This document shows positions 48,165-56,873 of a stretch of DNA of 64,000 nucleotides, piece after piece (the first letter of the stretch is position 1; every line of letters starts with the position of its first letter). The stretch covers positions 62,001-126,000 of the IMG/VR virus record IMGVR_UViG_3300032296_003307. The stretch is one strand, 5' to 3'. Made by a program: the position numbers and the translations under genes. The notes beneath the pieces were generated by a model, which was given only the letters and a program-made list of their open reading frames with translations, was not told where the DNA came from and did no database searches.

Positions 48165-48863
48165 ATGGGAACTAGAGCTCTTATTGGTTATTTAGACACA
48201 GATGGTGATCTAAAATTAACTTCAACATACAACCACTACGATGGTTATCCTCAAAACTTAGGTAAAGGTTTAGAAAATTTCTACAACAGTGATGCTAAAG
48301 CAGAAGAAGTTGCTAATGTAGGATATATTTCATTTTTAGATGGTGAAACAGGTGAAATTGAATCTAAAAACCAACAAATGCCTGATGTAACTAAATTGAC
48401 TGATAATTTTGAAGAAGCTATGATGGAAATAGCTGGAGAAATTGATGGAATGAGTGCTGATTATGGTTATATTTGGGATAATGAAAATCAAGAATGGATT
48501 ACTGTTAAAAACGAAGGCATTGGGTTAATGGCCAAAAATTTAGCATTGGATTTATCCCACCTAAAAGGCAAATTTGAAATGTCTCCCGAACAAACTATGG
48601 AAGCTAAAAAAGAAGTAAAAGAAGGTTATTATGGTACCACTAATGCTGAATACTATCTCCAAACCATAGGATATGATTCATTTGAAGATTTTTTTAATGA
48701 CAACCCAGGTGGTGAAGAGGCTTTAATTAATTGGATTGAAAGTGTTCCTGAATTTAGAAAAATGCTTATGCAACAAGGAATGATGGAAGCTAAAAAAGAT
48801 AAAGAAGAATTAGATGAATATTTCATCAACAAAATGAAATTTAGAGCTGGTATTATAAAATAA
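48165..48863 (+). CDS. Acidic late protein with C-terminal KMKFRAGIIK tag
   Basis: TATTTATA upstream; MGTR...YNHYDGYP; C-terminus resembles the RMxxLAGII leaders. Confidence 0.65.
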   Translation: MGTRALIGYLDTDGDLKLTSTYNHYDGYPQNLGKGLENFYNSDAKAEEVANVGYISFLDGETGEIESKNQQMPDVTKLTDNFEEAMMEIAGEIDGMSADYGYIWDNENQEWITVKNEGIGLMAKNLALDLSHLKGKFEMSPEQTMEAKKEVKEGYYGTTNAEYYLQTIGYDSFEDFFNDNPGGEEALINWIESVPEFRKMLMQQGMMEAKKDKEELDEYFINKMKFRAGIIK

Positions 48864-49408
48864 TGAAAAAAGCAGATAACTTCAACCCTGGTAAATGGCT
48901 AGTAGAAAATAAAATTACTACCCAATCTCGTTTAAACGAGGCTTTAGCTGGTCAAATGGGAGCTGTTGCTGCTGCTACTAAAAACATTAAAACACCATCA
49001 GGAGAAGAACCTTCATCTAAACCAGATGAATTCAATTTATCTGTATTGGTAAATCCTTTATATAAAAGATATGCTAATTACAACTACAAACTTAAAGATG
49101 TAGTATTTGAAAAAGCAAAAGTAAAAGAAGGATTTTTCTCCGGTATATTTAGTAGTAATCCTACTATTAAATTTGTTTTCACCAAAGTTGCTGATGGTAA
49201 AGAAGCAACAATCCAAGTAAAACTTAAAGGTGATAAATTTGTATTAAGTAATTCCTCAACCTCAGATGACGTAATAGGTAGTATTCCCGACAGTGGTGAA
49301 GCCACTAAGTTTATAAATTACTTATTAGGACAATCCGAGTGGAAAGATGACTTAAACAATTCATTTGAAAATATCAAAGACAAATTAACACCTGAATCTT
49401 TCAAATAA
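48863..49408 (+). CDS. Late protein with NFNPGKWLVENK...LNE leader
   Basis: Leader similar to 9258. Confidence 0.65.
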   Translation: MKKADNFNPGKWLVENKITTQSRLNEALAGQMGAVAAATKNIKTPSGEEPSSKPDEFNLSVLVNPLYKRYANYNYKLKDVVFEKAKVKEGFFSGIFSSNPTIKFVFTKVADGKEATIQVKLKGDKFVLSNSSTSDDVIGSIPDSGEATKFINYLLGQSEWKDDLNNSFENIKDKLTPESFK

Positions 49409-49480
49409 TCTTATTTGGAATTATTCTAAATGAAAAACTTTTGGGCCTCGCATGAGGCCCTTTCGTATATTTATACCATA

Positions 49481-49618
49481 ATGAAAGAGCAAGATAAAAT
49501 AAATGGTTTAAATAAAAGGCACGTTGCCCAAATTATAAGAAGAAACATGGTTACTCGTACTAAGCCAAGTAAAAAAGTTTACGACAGAAAAGCTTTTAAG
49601 AAAGGTTTGGAATCCTGA
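49481..49618 (+). CDS. Small basic late protein
   Basis: ATG after TATTTATA at 49468. Confidence 0.5.
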   Translation: MKEQDKINGLNKRHVAQIIRRNMVTRTKPSKKVYDRKAFKKGLES

Positions 49619-49666
49619 GATCCTGTTCGTACATTCACAATATAGAGATAATAAATAATAAAGGTT

Positions 49667-49939
49667 ATGAATAAAATAGAAGTAAATCCCGATTTTAAAT
49701 TTTCATTTGATGATGATTATCAATTGTTTGATGTTCAAGTAGCAAGAGGTTATATTGAGTCATATGATATGGTTCGTGCTTGTGTTAAGTACAAAGATGG
49801 TCCTCAAATTGATTATCCATTAAAGACTAAAGAAAATTACTTTAATGAAATTGCTCGCTTAAATGGAAGAGCAAGTGATATTGAATCAGTGGAAATTTAT
49901 CAATCCACTCATATGTTTGATATTAATGATTATCTATAA
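49667..49939 (+). CDS. Hypothetical protein
   Basis: After the promoter at 49606. Confidence 0.6.
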   Translation: MNKIEVNPDFKFSFDDDYQLFDVQVARGYIESYDMVRACVKYKDGPQIDYPLKTKENYFNEIARLNGRASDIESVEIYQSTHMFDINDYL

Positions 49940-49954
49940 TAAAAAATAAAAGTT

Positions 49955-50248
49955 ATGAAAAAAACAATTTGGAAATTCAGTACAATCGAAGATGGTTTTA
50001 AAGAATCATTTACCATCAAAATGCCTAAGGGAGCAGAAATATTAACAATCCAAACCGATCAAAAAAATAACCATCCAACAATTTGGGCTCTAGTCAATCC
50101 TGAGGCCGAATTGGAAGAAAGATACTTTGAGTTATTTGGAACAGGTCATGAGGTTTATTGTGATATGGGTATTGAAAGAAAATACATTGGTACCTACCAG
50201 TATCAAAGAGGTGAGTTTGTAGGACATATTTTTGAAAGAATTAATTAA
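49955..50248 (+). CDS. Hypothetical protein
   Basis: MPKGAEILT...IWALVNP...FGTGH. Confidence 0.65.
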   Translation: MKKTIWKFSTIEDGFKESFTIKMPKGAEILTIQTDQKNNHPTIWALVNPEAELEERYFELFGTGHEVYCDMGIERKYIGTYQYQRGEFVGHIFERIN

Positions 50249-50849
50249 AATAAAAGTTATGGAAAACATAATCAAAACAGACAACTATCTTCTTATTGTA
50301 AGTGATGAGGAGATTAAAGAAGGTGATTTCCTTTTATCTAAAGAAGGATTTATTCATAATAATTTTGGATGGAATTATGGTGATAAAAAAATCACCGCAC
50401 ACCTACCACTCAACAACTCACCTATTCTTGAAGGTGTGGACTTATTGCCCCTAATGCAAGATGAAACCATAGGTAAGCCATTGGTGGATTATGTATTTTT
50501 GAAGCATACCCAAGAAGAATGTATTGGATTTATAGATGGCTACAACAAAGCCAAAGAGAAGTATAATTTAACTTTAGATAAGTTGCTTGACTTATACATT
50601 GAAGAAAGCGGTTATGGTATGGATATGTGGAGTAAAGAAGAAAATGCAACAATGAATATTGTAACTAAAATCATCCAATCCCTCCAACAACCGAAATATC
50701 CTATTGGGTTTGAGTGTGAAATGGAAGCACCTTATACAGACGGTTATGCTGATGATAGGGTAAGAAGATTTTATGGTGTTCCTGAACCCAAAACCACAAC
50801 CAACTCACAAGGACAAACAGTATTAGTAGGAACTTACATTTACGAATAA
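50232..50849 (+). CDS. Hypothetical protein
   Basis: Long ORF; true start probably the second Met after AAAAGTTATG. Confidence 0.6.
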   Translation: MKELIKIKVMENIIKTDNYLLIVSDEEIKEGDFLLSKEGFIHNNFGWNYGDKKITAHLPLNNSPILEGVDLLPLMQDETIGKPLVDYVFLKHTQEECIGFIDGYNKAKEKYNLTLDKLLDLYIEESGYGMDMWSKEENATMNIVTKIIQSLQQPKYPIGFECEMEAPYTDGYADDRVRRFYGVPEPKTTTNSQGQTVLVGTYIYE

Positions 50850-50860
50850 AAATAAAAGTT

Positions 50861-51088
50861 ATGAAAAAAACAAATATAGTAACCCCTATGTGGGAAAATT
50901 GCAGATCAATTATCGCAACCGGTGATATAGAACTTGCCGACCAAAAACTAATGGAATTGGTTTGGAAACTAGCCGATTACACAATGTTAGGTTATAAAGA
51001 TACCGATAAAGTTGAAGGTGTGAAAATGGAAGTTTGGAAAGAGCGATGTTGGAGTCAAATAGAAAATCTTGGTTTGCTTCCTGAATAA
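50861..51088 (+). CDS. Hypothetical protein
   Basis: AAAAGTTATG start context. Confidence 0.55.
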   Translation: MKKTNIVTPMWENCRSIIATGDIELADQKLMELVWKLADYTMLGYKDTDKVEGVKMEVWKERCWSQIENLGLLPE

Positions 51089-51107
51089 TCTTTCGTACAT
51101 TTAAGTT

Positions 51108-51422
51108 ATGGCAGAAAAAAAGGGTCACACAGAAACCATAAAATATGATTTCAATACTATTCCCGAATGTCAAGTTCAACTTGACAACGGGAAGTGGTAT
51201 AGAGCAACTCCTTTACATTTTAGATCATTCAATGGTCCAAGACGATTTGTAAGATATAAAGGTGAAGAAGTTACTTATGAGGAATACGATGGAACACTTT
51301 ATTATTGGAATACAAACATTAAGGTTAAAGAACCTAATGGTTTTGGTGTTCAATATATTGAATCAATGCCTCGAAAAACTCAAATAAGACCACATGAAAG
51401 GCATTTACTTGACTATATCTAA
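51108..51422 (+). CDS. Hypothetical protein
   Basis: AAGTTATG start context. Confidence 0.55.
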   Translation: MAEKKGHTETIKYDFNTIPECQVQLDNGKWYRATPLHFRSFNGPRRFVRYKGEEVTYEEYDGTLYYWNTNIKVKEPNGFGVQYIESMPRKTQIRPHERHLLDYI

Positions 51423-51625
51423 TGATATGTATATCCATGACTAATGAGGAATTAATTGAGGAATTATACCACAAAGCCCACCAAAAAGGGTTTTTCAATG
51501 AATTACACCAAAAAGTGGATGAAATCAAAAAACAAAATCCAAGAATGCCTTTATGTGATGTAACACAATCGGCATATAGAGAAGTTAAACAAAACAAGCT
51601 TGCATTACCTACCCCACAATCTTAA
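51422..51625 (+). CDS. Hypothetical protein
   Basis: Short ORF. Confidence 0.45.
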   Translation: MICISMTNEELIEELYHKAHQKGFFNELHQKVDEIKKQNPRMPLCDVTQSAYREVKQNKLALPTPQS

Positions 51626-51637
51626 TCCGTATATACG

Positions 51638-51820
51638 ATGGACTTAGTACATAATTACGTTTTTTGGTACAATACGTATGACAACCTTTGGTATGCAATT
51701 CCAAGAGACCAATACACGAGTTTTTTCTCCGGACACCTACCTTATGAGGGAGTAATAAAATCAAATAAAATAGATACTTTAATACTAATAATCGAACATC
51801 CCGAACAATTAAATAAATAA
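51638..51820 (+). CDS. Hypothetical protein
   Basis: Short ORF. Confidence 0.45.
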   Translation: MDLVHNYVFWYNTYDNLWYAIPRDQYTSFFSGHLPYEGVIKSNKIDTLILIIEHPEQLNK

Positions 51821-51825
51821 AAAAT

Positions 51826-52515
51826 ATGAAATTCAAAGATTATGTTATGTTAATGGGTGCCAGTTTGGCACTAGGTTTTGTTTTAAGTTGGTCTATACCC
51901 TCATTTAAACCAAAAAGAGCAATCGATACACTAAAAACAGACACTACCCAAGTAGTGGTTAAAAAAGACACTACAGTCAATGTTAAAGATAAAACAGCCA
52001 TTTACATTGGAGATTCTCATACTGCCAACAATACTCAAGGTTGGCAAGTCCAACTATCAAAACTAGTGGGTTTTAAAATGACAAATGTTTCGGTTGGTGG
52101 AAAGATGACATACTGGATGTTGCAACAGGCCAAATTGCATTTGACTCCAAAATACGATTATTGTTTTATATATGGTGGGGCAAATGATATGTATTCGGTG
52201 GGTATTAAACCACAGACGGCAGTCGATAATATAAAGTCTATTGCGCGTATATGCAGGGAAAAAGAAATTGTATGTGTGGTGTTAACCGGGTTTGATGCTA
52301 AAACTTGTACCAAGTCCAATAACTTGGAATATCCGACAAGATATACAGAGTTTCAGAAATTGTTAATGAGTCAGGATATGGAAGGGGCTGTTGTTATAGA
52401 CACTAGAGTGGTGGATAGGAGAGACTGTTGGGACTATTTGTGTCATATGGCACCTAGTGGACATAAAAAGATTGCAGAAAAAATTGTGAAAGATTTGGCT
52501 TTGCAAAGGATTTGA
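51826..52515 (+). CDS. Exported SGNH/GDSL hydrolase
   Basis: N-terminal hydrophobic segment, IGDSHT, GGANDM, DYLCH. Confidence 0.75.
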   Translation: MKFKDYVMLMGASLALGFVLSWSIPSFKPKRAIDTLKTDTTQVVVKKDTTVNVKDKTAIYIGDSHTANNTQGWQVQLSKLVGFKMTNVSVGGKMTYWMLQQAKLHLTPKYDYCFIYGGANDMYSVGIKPQTAVDNIKSIARICREKEIVCVVLTGFDAKTCTKSNNLEYPTRYTEFQKLLMSQDMEGAVVIDTRVVDRRDCWDYLCHMAPSGHKKIAEKIVKDLALQRI

Positions 52516-52706
52516 CGTACATTCACGGAAATAATAAGTTATGTTTGCATTGTGGTTTAAGGGGAGTTTGGCTCTAATGTTGGGATTGAGTGTTGGGGGT
52601 GCTTTAAAAACCCGTAAGGAAATTAGAAAAGGGAATGTTCAATGGACAGCTTGGAAAGGCAAACATGATTCATTATATTTGGCTAAACAGAAAAATAAAT
52701 AAACAT

Positions 52707-53102
52707 ATGAAAAAATTAATATTTGCACTATTGCTGATTCCCTTTACCTCTAAAGCACAGGAGGTAAGACACTTTTGTAGTTATGATGCTGAAACTACAG
52801 CCAAACACATTATGATGCTTCACATTACTGATCATCTACATGATACAGTGGAGTTTTCTGTTGAGAAAAAAGGATACAAGTACAGTAAAAAGTACTTGAC
52901 ACCTGTTCAAGCAGAAAAGAAGTTGAAGAAAGTATTGAAAAAAGGTAAATCTGCTTATTCAAGTAGAACTAATGCTGGGTATGTGTTCAATATTGTGGTT
53001 GTGAGTTTGGCTGATGATACTGAAATATTGAATTTTGTTAAATTTGAGGTAGATCATTTTAGTCAGAAAATTATATCAATTGAAGTATCTAAAGGGCAAT
53101 GA
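52707..53102 (+). CDS. Secreted hypothetical protein
   Basis: Signal peptide MKKLIFALLLIPFTSKA-Q. Confidence 0.6.
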   Translation: MKKLIFALLLIPFTSKAQEVRHFCSYDAETTAKHIMMLHITDHLHDTVEFSVEKKGYKYSKKYLTPVQAEKKLKKVLKKGKSAYSSRTNAGYVFNIVVVSLADDTEILNFVKFEVDHFSQKIISIEVSKGQ

Positions 53103-53146
53103 TATTTATAGACACGACAATATTTGAAAATTAAATAAATAAACAT

Positions 53147-53875
53147 ATGAAAAAACTATTATTTGCTCTTACTCTTATTGGAATGATTTCCTTTATAGGT
53201 TGTAAAAAGGAACTTATTACTCCTGATCCCGAAGTTGTTGTTTTATTGATGGATGAAGAACCACAGGCCTTAGTTGATACATTAGGGGTTGTTTTTGATA
53301 ATCCTGTAACTACTGAGGTAACACCATTAACAGATGCTGTTATAATGGATTATCCATTATTTTTAGATTATGACCCATTTACAATGGTTGTTTCTAGAAC
53401 TAATAAGGGAATTGATTCTTGTGTTAGAGGTATTGAAACTACAAAAGCTGAAAAAGAATTACTTAATAAAGCGTTTTTAGCTAAATTAGAGTGTCAAAAA
53501 TACAATAAAGAAATCATTGCTAAAATTCATAGGGAAATTGAATCTTGGGCTAAAACTCAAAAAGAAAATTATTATAAAAATTGGTATTTGGTTGAAAAAG
53601 GAAAACTCGATGATTCATTGAAAAGAGGTTTATTGACTCAAACACAATATAAAGAAAAATTGGCTTCTTTGGATAGAACCTGGTCCAGCAAAATGTCTTA
53701 TTTAAATGGTCAAGTTAAAGAAAAAATTAAATTGAGTATTGAAAGAGCCGAAGCTAGTGGTAAAATAAAAGATTGTGAAAAAATCTATTTGAATAAAGTT
53801 TTAGATATTTTAGGTAAAACTAGATATAAAAAGTGGATTGAGTGTTATAAACACAATTATAAATCAAGAAAATAA
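53147..53875 (+). CDS. Lipoprotein
   Basis: MKKLLFALTLIGMISFIG-CKKE lipobox; late promoter upstream. Confidence 0.7.
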   Translation: MKKLLFALTLIGMISFIGCKKELITPDPEVVVLLMDEEPQALVDTLGVVFDNPVTTEVTPLTDAVIMDYPLFLDYDPFTMVVSRTNKGIDSCVRGIETTKAEKELLNKAFLAKLECQKYNKEIIAKIHREIESWAKTQKENYYKNWYLVEKGKLDDSLKRGLLTQTQYKEKLASLDRTWSSKMSYLNGQVKEKIKLSIERAEASGKIKDCEKIYLNKVLDILGKTRYKKWIECYKHNYKSRK

Positions 53876-53939
53876 AAAAAAAATTACAAGAGGGTTGGTT
53901 TTCCAACCCTTTTTTTGTACATTCACGTAAATAAAAGTT

Positions 53940-54362
53940 ATGAAAGTAGAATATAAAAATCGTTACAATGATGTTTTTACATTTAGTAAAACAGAAGATG
54001 GAAACATCTTATGGGAAGGTAATTTTGAGTATAGCAGAAGAGGTTGGCCAAATGTTTACACTGAGGCTTATAACCAGTATGTTTTAGATGGTGGTGATAT
54101 GGATCTTAAACAGTTTAAAAAAGAGGTTCACGAGGCTGTTTATGATGAAAATGGAAAATATTTACATATGAGTGAAACAAGCCAAAAGTATTGTAAATTA
54201 GTTTATTCAGATTTAAATACAATTGATTTTGCGGATCCATCAGGTGGTCCATATATATCTTCAAATATGGATATGGGAAGATTTGATGAGGAATTTAAAG
54301 GAATGATTGTTGAAAAATTTGAACGAGTAGAAACAGGATATAAAATAATAATTAAAAAATAA
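53940..54362 (+). CDS. Hypothetical protein
   Basis: After the promoter/hairpin at 53891. Confidence 0.6.
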   Translation: MKVEYKNRYNDVFTFSKTEDGNILWEGNFEYSRRGWPNVYTEAYNQYVLDGGDMDLKQFKKEVHEAVYDENGKYLHMSETSQKYCKLVYSDLNTIDFADPSGGPYISSNMDMGRFDEEFKGMIVEKFERVETGYKIIIKK

Positions 54363-54368
54363 TTTTTG

Positions 54369-54480
54369 CAATATTTATTACCGAATGCCGAGTCGCAGCG
54401 GTAATAGTATTGAAAATAAACCAAAATACCCAAGCATGAGTAGGGAACTGCGACCCCGAAAGTGCTTGGGTTTTTTATTT
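54369..54480 (+). ncRNA. Candidate structured leader RNA: two stem-loops with a 7-bp kissing interaction, followed by a U-tract
   Basis: P1 TATTACCG/CGGTAATA; P2 CCCAAGCA/TGCTTGGG with inner GGG/CCC; loop GTCGCAG (54392-54398) is complementary to loop CTGCGAC (54448-54454); GC-rich island in AT-rich DNA. Confidence 0.7.
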
Positions 54481-54481
54481 T

Positions 54482-55123
54482 ATGAAAAAATGTACAAAAT
54501 GTAAAGAAGAAAAACAATTAACTGAGTTTAATAAAGCTAAAAATCAAAGAAATGGATTAAGTCCATGGTGTAAAGAATGTATTAATCAAAATGGTAAAGA
54601 TTGGTATCTCAAAAATAAAGAAAAACACATGGTGTATGTTCTTGAATATAGAAAAAAATGGGATAAAGAAAATAAAGAACATATTAAGAGTTATGGGAAA
54701 GAATATAGGCAAAATAATAAAGACAAAATTAGACAAAGAGAAAAACTATATAGAGAAAAAAACAACCATGTCTCCAGATGGAGAGATATTCTTAAAAGTA
54801 CTTTAAAAAGATTTCATAGAGGAAAAACAGCCTCAACCCAAACTTTATTAGGTTATTCAGCCCAAGAATTAAAAGAACATTTAGATAAATTAGGAATGAA
54901 TTGGGATACTGATCATATTGATCATATAATACCTTTGAGTTGGTTTAAGAAAAGCACCCCCATTCATGTTGTAAATGACTTAAGAAATCTTCAACCATTA
55001 TTTTCAGAAGAAAATCTAAAAAAGCATAATAAGTTTGGAGATTTAAAAGATATTTCGTATATTAATGATGTAAAAAAATATATAAAAAAAGATAAATTAA
55101 AGTTATGTTTACCTATCATTTAA
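54482..55123 (+). CDS. HNH homing endonuclease, same family as 13756
   Basis: CTKC...CKEC; DHIDHIIPLSWF...NLQPLFSEENLKK. Confidence 0.85.
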   Translation: MKKCTKCKEEKQLTEFNKAKNQRNGLSPWCKECINQNGKDWYLKNKEKHMVYVLEYRKKWDKENKEHIKSYGKEYRQNNKDKIRQREKLYREKNNHVSRWRDILKSTLKRFHRGKTASTQTLLGYSAQELKEHLDKLGMNWDTDHIDHIIPLSWFKKSTPIHVVNDLRNLQPLFSEENLKKHNKFGDLKDISYINDVKKYIKKDKLKLCLPII

Positions 55124-55461
55124 GCGAAACTGAATATTTGGTTTTTAAAACCTACAACAATCATTTTGAGCTATTTTCAGGACACGAAGGTGGTGCTGAG
55201 TTAAAGAAAATTGCTAACTATCAAGGTGGTAAATGGTTTTTTGATTCATATGATCAACAAAAGTTGTTTTGGTTTTTATTTAATTTGTTTAAAATGGATT
55301 TTGGAAAAGCATTAAAAAAGTTTTCTAGATCATTGAATGAAAAACCTAAAACATATGTTTTTACTTGTGCTAAACGTAGGTTTGATATTAAAGTACAAAA
55401 GATGAAACGTGGTTGGAGTAATTTGTTTTACGGATTTTATGAAGGGAATAGACGTGGCTAA
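55105..55461 (+). CDS. Hypothetical protein
   Basis: AAGTTATG start context. Confidence 0.55.
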   Translation: MFTYHLSETEYLVFKTYNNHFELFSGHEGGAELKKIANYQGGKWFFDSYDQQKLFWFLFNLFKMDFGKALKKFSRSLNEKPKTYVFTCAKRRFDIKVQKMKRGWSNLFYGFYEGNRRG

Positions 55462-55702
55462 ACCTATTTTTATTATCAGATTTCCTTATGTTAAAGAACA
55501 ACATATAGTAGATAAGTACTTAAAAATGTATAAGGAACTTGGTGAGCAAATGACTGATTATCACGTACTATGTCCTATGGACAATAGTGTTGAAAGAGTT
55601 GAATTTGAATGTTACAATGCTATCAATGCAACCGATGTTGAAATTGAAGAATTGAAGCAAATAATACTTGAAAAAATTAAAACAATAGAAAGTTATGAAT
55701 AA
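55409..55702 (+). CDS. Hypothetical protein, cassette array
   Basis: Ends KTIESYE within a junction repeat; true start probably a downstream GTG. Confidence 0.5.
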   Translation: MVGVICFTDFMKGIDVAKPIFIIRFPYVKEQHIVDKYLKMYKELGEQMTDYHVLCPMDNSVERVEFECYNAINATDVEIEELKQIILEKIKTIESYE

Positions 55703-56081
55703 AGAACAACAAGAATTATTGGATGATGTCTATAAAAATTGGTTTGAAAAAGGTAGAACTGAATTTGAAGAGTTTGCTGATCCTATGTTTATGAGTGAAG
55801 ATGCTTTAGGGGAGGAAAAATTTCATAAAATTTCTAAAGAATGGTTTATTGAACAAATCAAAACCGATACAGAGTTCTCTGAAAAGTGGGGATTAAAGAT
55901 TGAAGAACGAGAGTTGTTTAGATTAGAACGAATAAATATTGCTATTGAGAAAAAATTAACTCATAAAACTGCACACTTAACAAAAGACTTTGATTATCAG
56001 AAATGGTGCGATGAACATAATATCCCAACCAAACTAATTACAGTAACATACAACAATAAAACAATAGAAAGTTATGAATAA
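55695..56081 (+). CDS. Hypothetical protein, cassette array
   Basis: Starts MNKE and ends KTIESYE, both inside junction repeats. Confidence 0.65.
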   Translation: MNKEQQELLDDVYKNWFEKGRTEFEEFADPMFMSEDALGEEKFHKISKEWFIEQIKTDTEFSEKWGLKIEERELFRLERINIAIEKKLTHKTAHLTKDFDYQKWCDEHNIPTKLITVTYNNKTIESYE

Positions 56082-56232
56082 AGAAACTATAGTAATATCT
56101 ATTAACTTTACGGTTAAAGAATTCAACGAACATTATTGTATATTACAATATGATGATGAGAGAACTTTAAAATTATATTCCTTTGATAAGGAATACAAAA
56201 CAATTAAAGAATATTATGAACAATATAGATAA
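56074..56232 (+). CDS. Small hypothetical protein (52 aa), cassette array
   Basis: Translated by hand, starts MNKETIVI. Confidence 0.5.
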   Translation: MNKETIVISINFTVKEFNEHYCILQYDDERTLKLYSFDKEYKTIKEYYEQYR

Positions 56233-56431
56233 ACTAATAGAACAAGGAGCTGAATTAGCACGTAAACATGAAGAACTACGTGATGAAATTCTAAATAATC
56301 CTGATATGCCACAGGAGTTAAAAGATATTATCAATAAAAGTAGAATACCTGATGATAAGATAGTTGATTTAACTAGTGGTAAAAAAATAAAATATATTAA
56401 TCCTGATACATTTGAAATTGAATATGAATAA
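56216..56431 (+). CDS. Small hypothetical protein starting MNNIDK
   Basis: First 6 codons mimic the thyA start. Confidence 0.55.
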   Translation: MNNIDKLIEQGAELARKHEELRDEILNNPDMPQELKDIINKSRIPDDKIVDLTSGKKIKYINPDTFEIEYE

Positions 56432-56645
56432 TCTAGACAAAAAATACATTATTGATGGTATTACTATCGATAAAACAAAAGAGGGGTATAGAGTTTTTAC
56501 AATACCAACCCAACATTTTGATATTGTTAATTTAGATGAACTAACTAACGATAGATTTGATTTGGAAATTAAAAGACAGGAACAATATAAAAAAGATAGT
56601 TCCGAATTAATTAACTTATGGTTAAATGAAAATGAACAACATTGA
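56424..56645 (+). CDS. Small hypothetical protein starting MNNLDKKY
   Basis: First 8 codons mimic the thyA start. Confidence 0.55.
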   Translation: MNNLDKKYIIDGITIDKTKEGYRVFTIPTQHFDIVNLDELTNDRFDLEIKRQEQYKKDSSELINLWLNENEQH

Positions 56646-56709
56646 TAAACAATACCAACAACTACTCAAAGACATTATTGAGTATGGTGTAGAAAAACAA
56701 GACAATTGA
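56632..56709 (+). pseudogene. Dead 5' stub of thyA (MNNIDKQYQQLLKDIIEYGVEKQDN*)
   Basis: Near-identical to 56863-56938: 2 substitutions and one 3-nt indel. Confidence 0.9.
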
Positions 56710-56714
56710 AAGTT

Positions 56715-56873
56715 ATGAATAAAGAAAGAAGAATAATTAAAGTACCTATACCAAAAGAAATTTGGGATGCTGACATGTCAATATGGAATGTACTCTTTGG
56801 AAGAAGATATATTATGAGAGCTTGGATGAATAGTATAAAAGATGTAATTAACCAAATGAGTGATGAACAATAA
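56715..56873 (+). CDS. Small hypothetical protein (52 aa) between the two thyA starts
   Basis: Translated by hand, starts MNKERRII within the junction repeat. Confidence 0.55.
   Translation: MNKERRIIKVPIPKEIWDADMSIWNVLFGRRYIMRAWMNSIKDVINQMSDEQ

Larger units (their letters stand above)
55679..56726 (+). repeat. Gene-junction repeat AAAACAATAGAAAGTTATGAATAAAGAA
   Basis: Exact 28-bp copies at 55679-55706 and 56058-56085; near copy ACAATTGAAAGTTATGAATAAAGAA at about 56702-56726; each contains a start codon. Confidence 0.85.

Noticed and set aside
56216-56632. Exact 208-bp spacing between three MNN(I/L)DK starts
   Set aside because: The intervening sequences are not similar; only two intervals, probably coincidence
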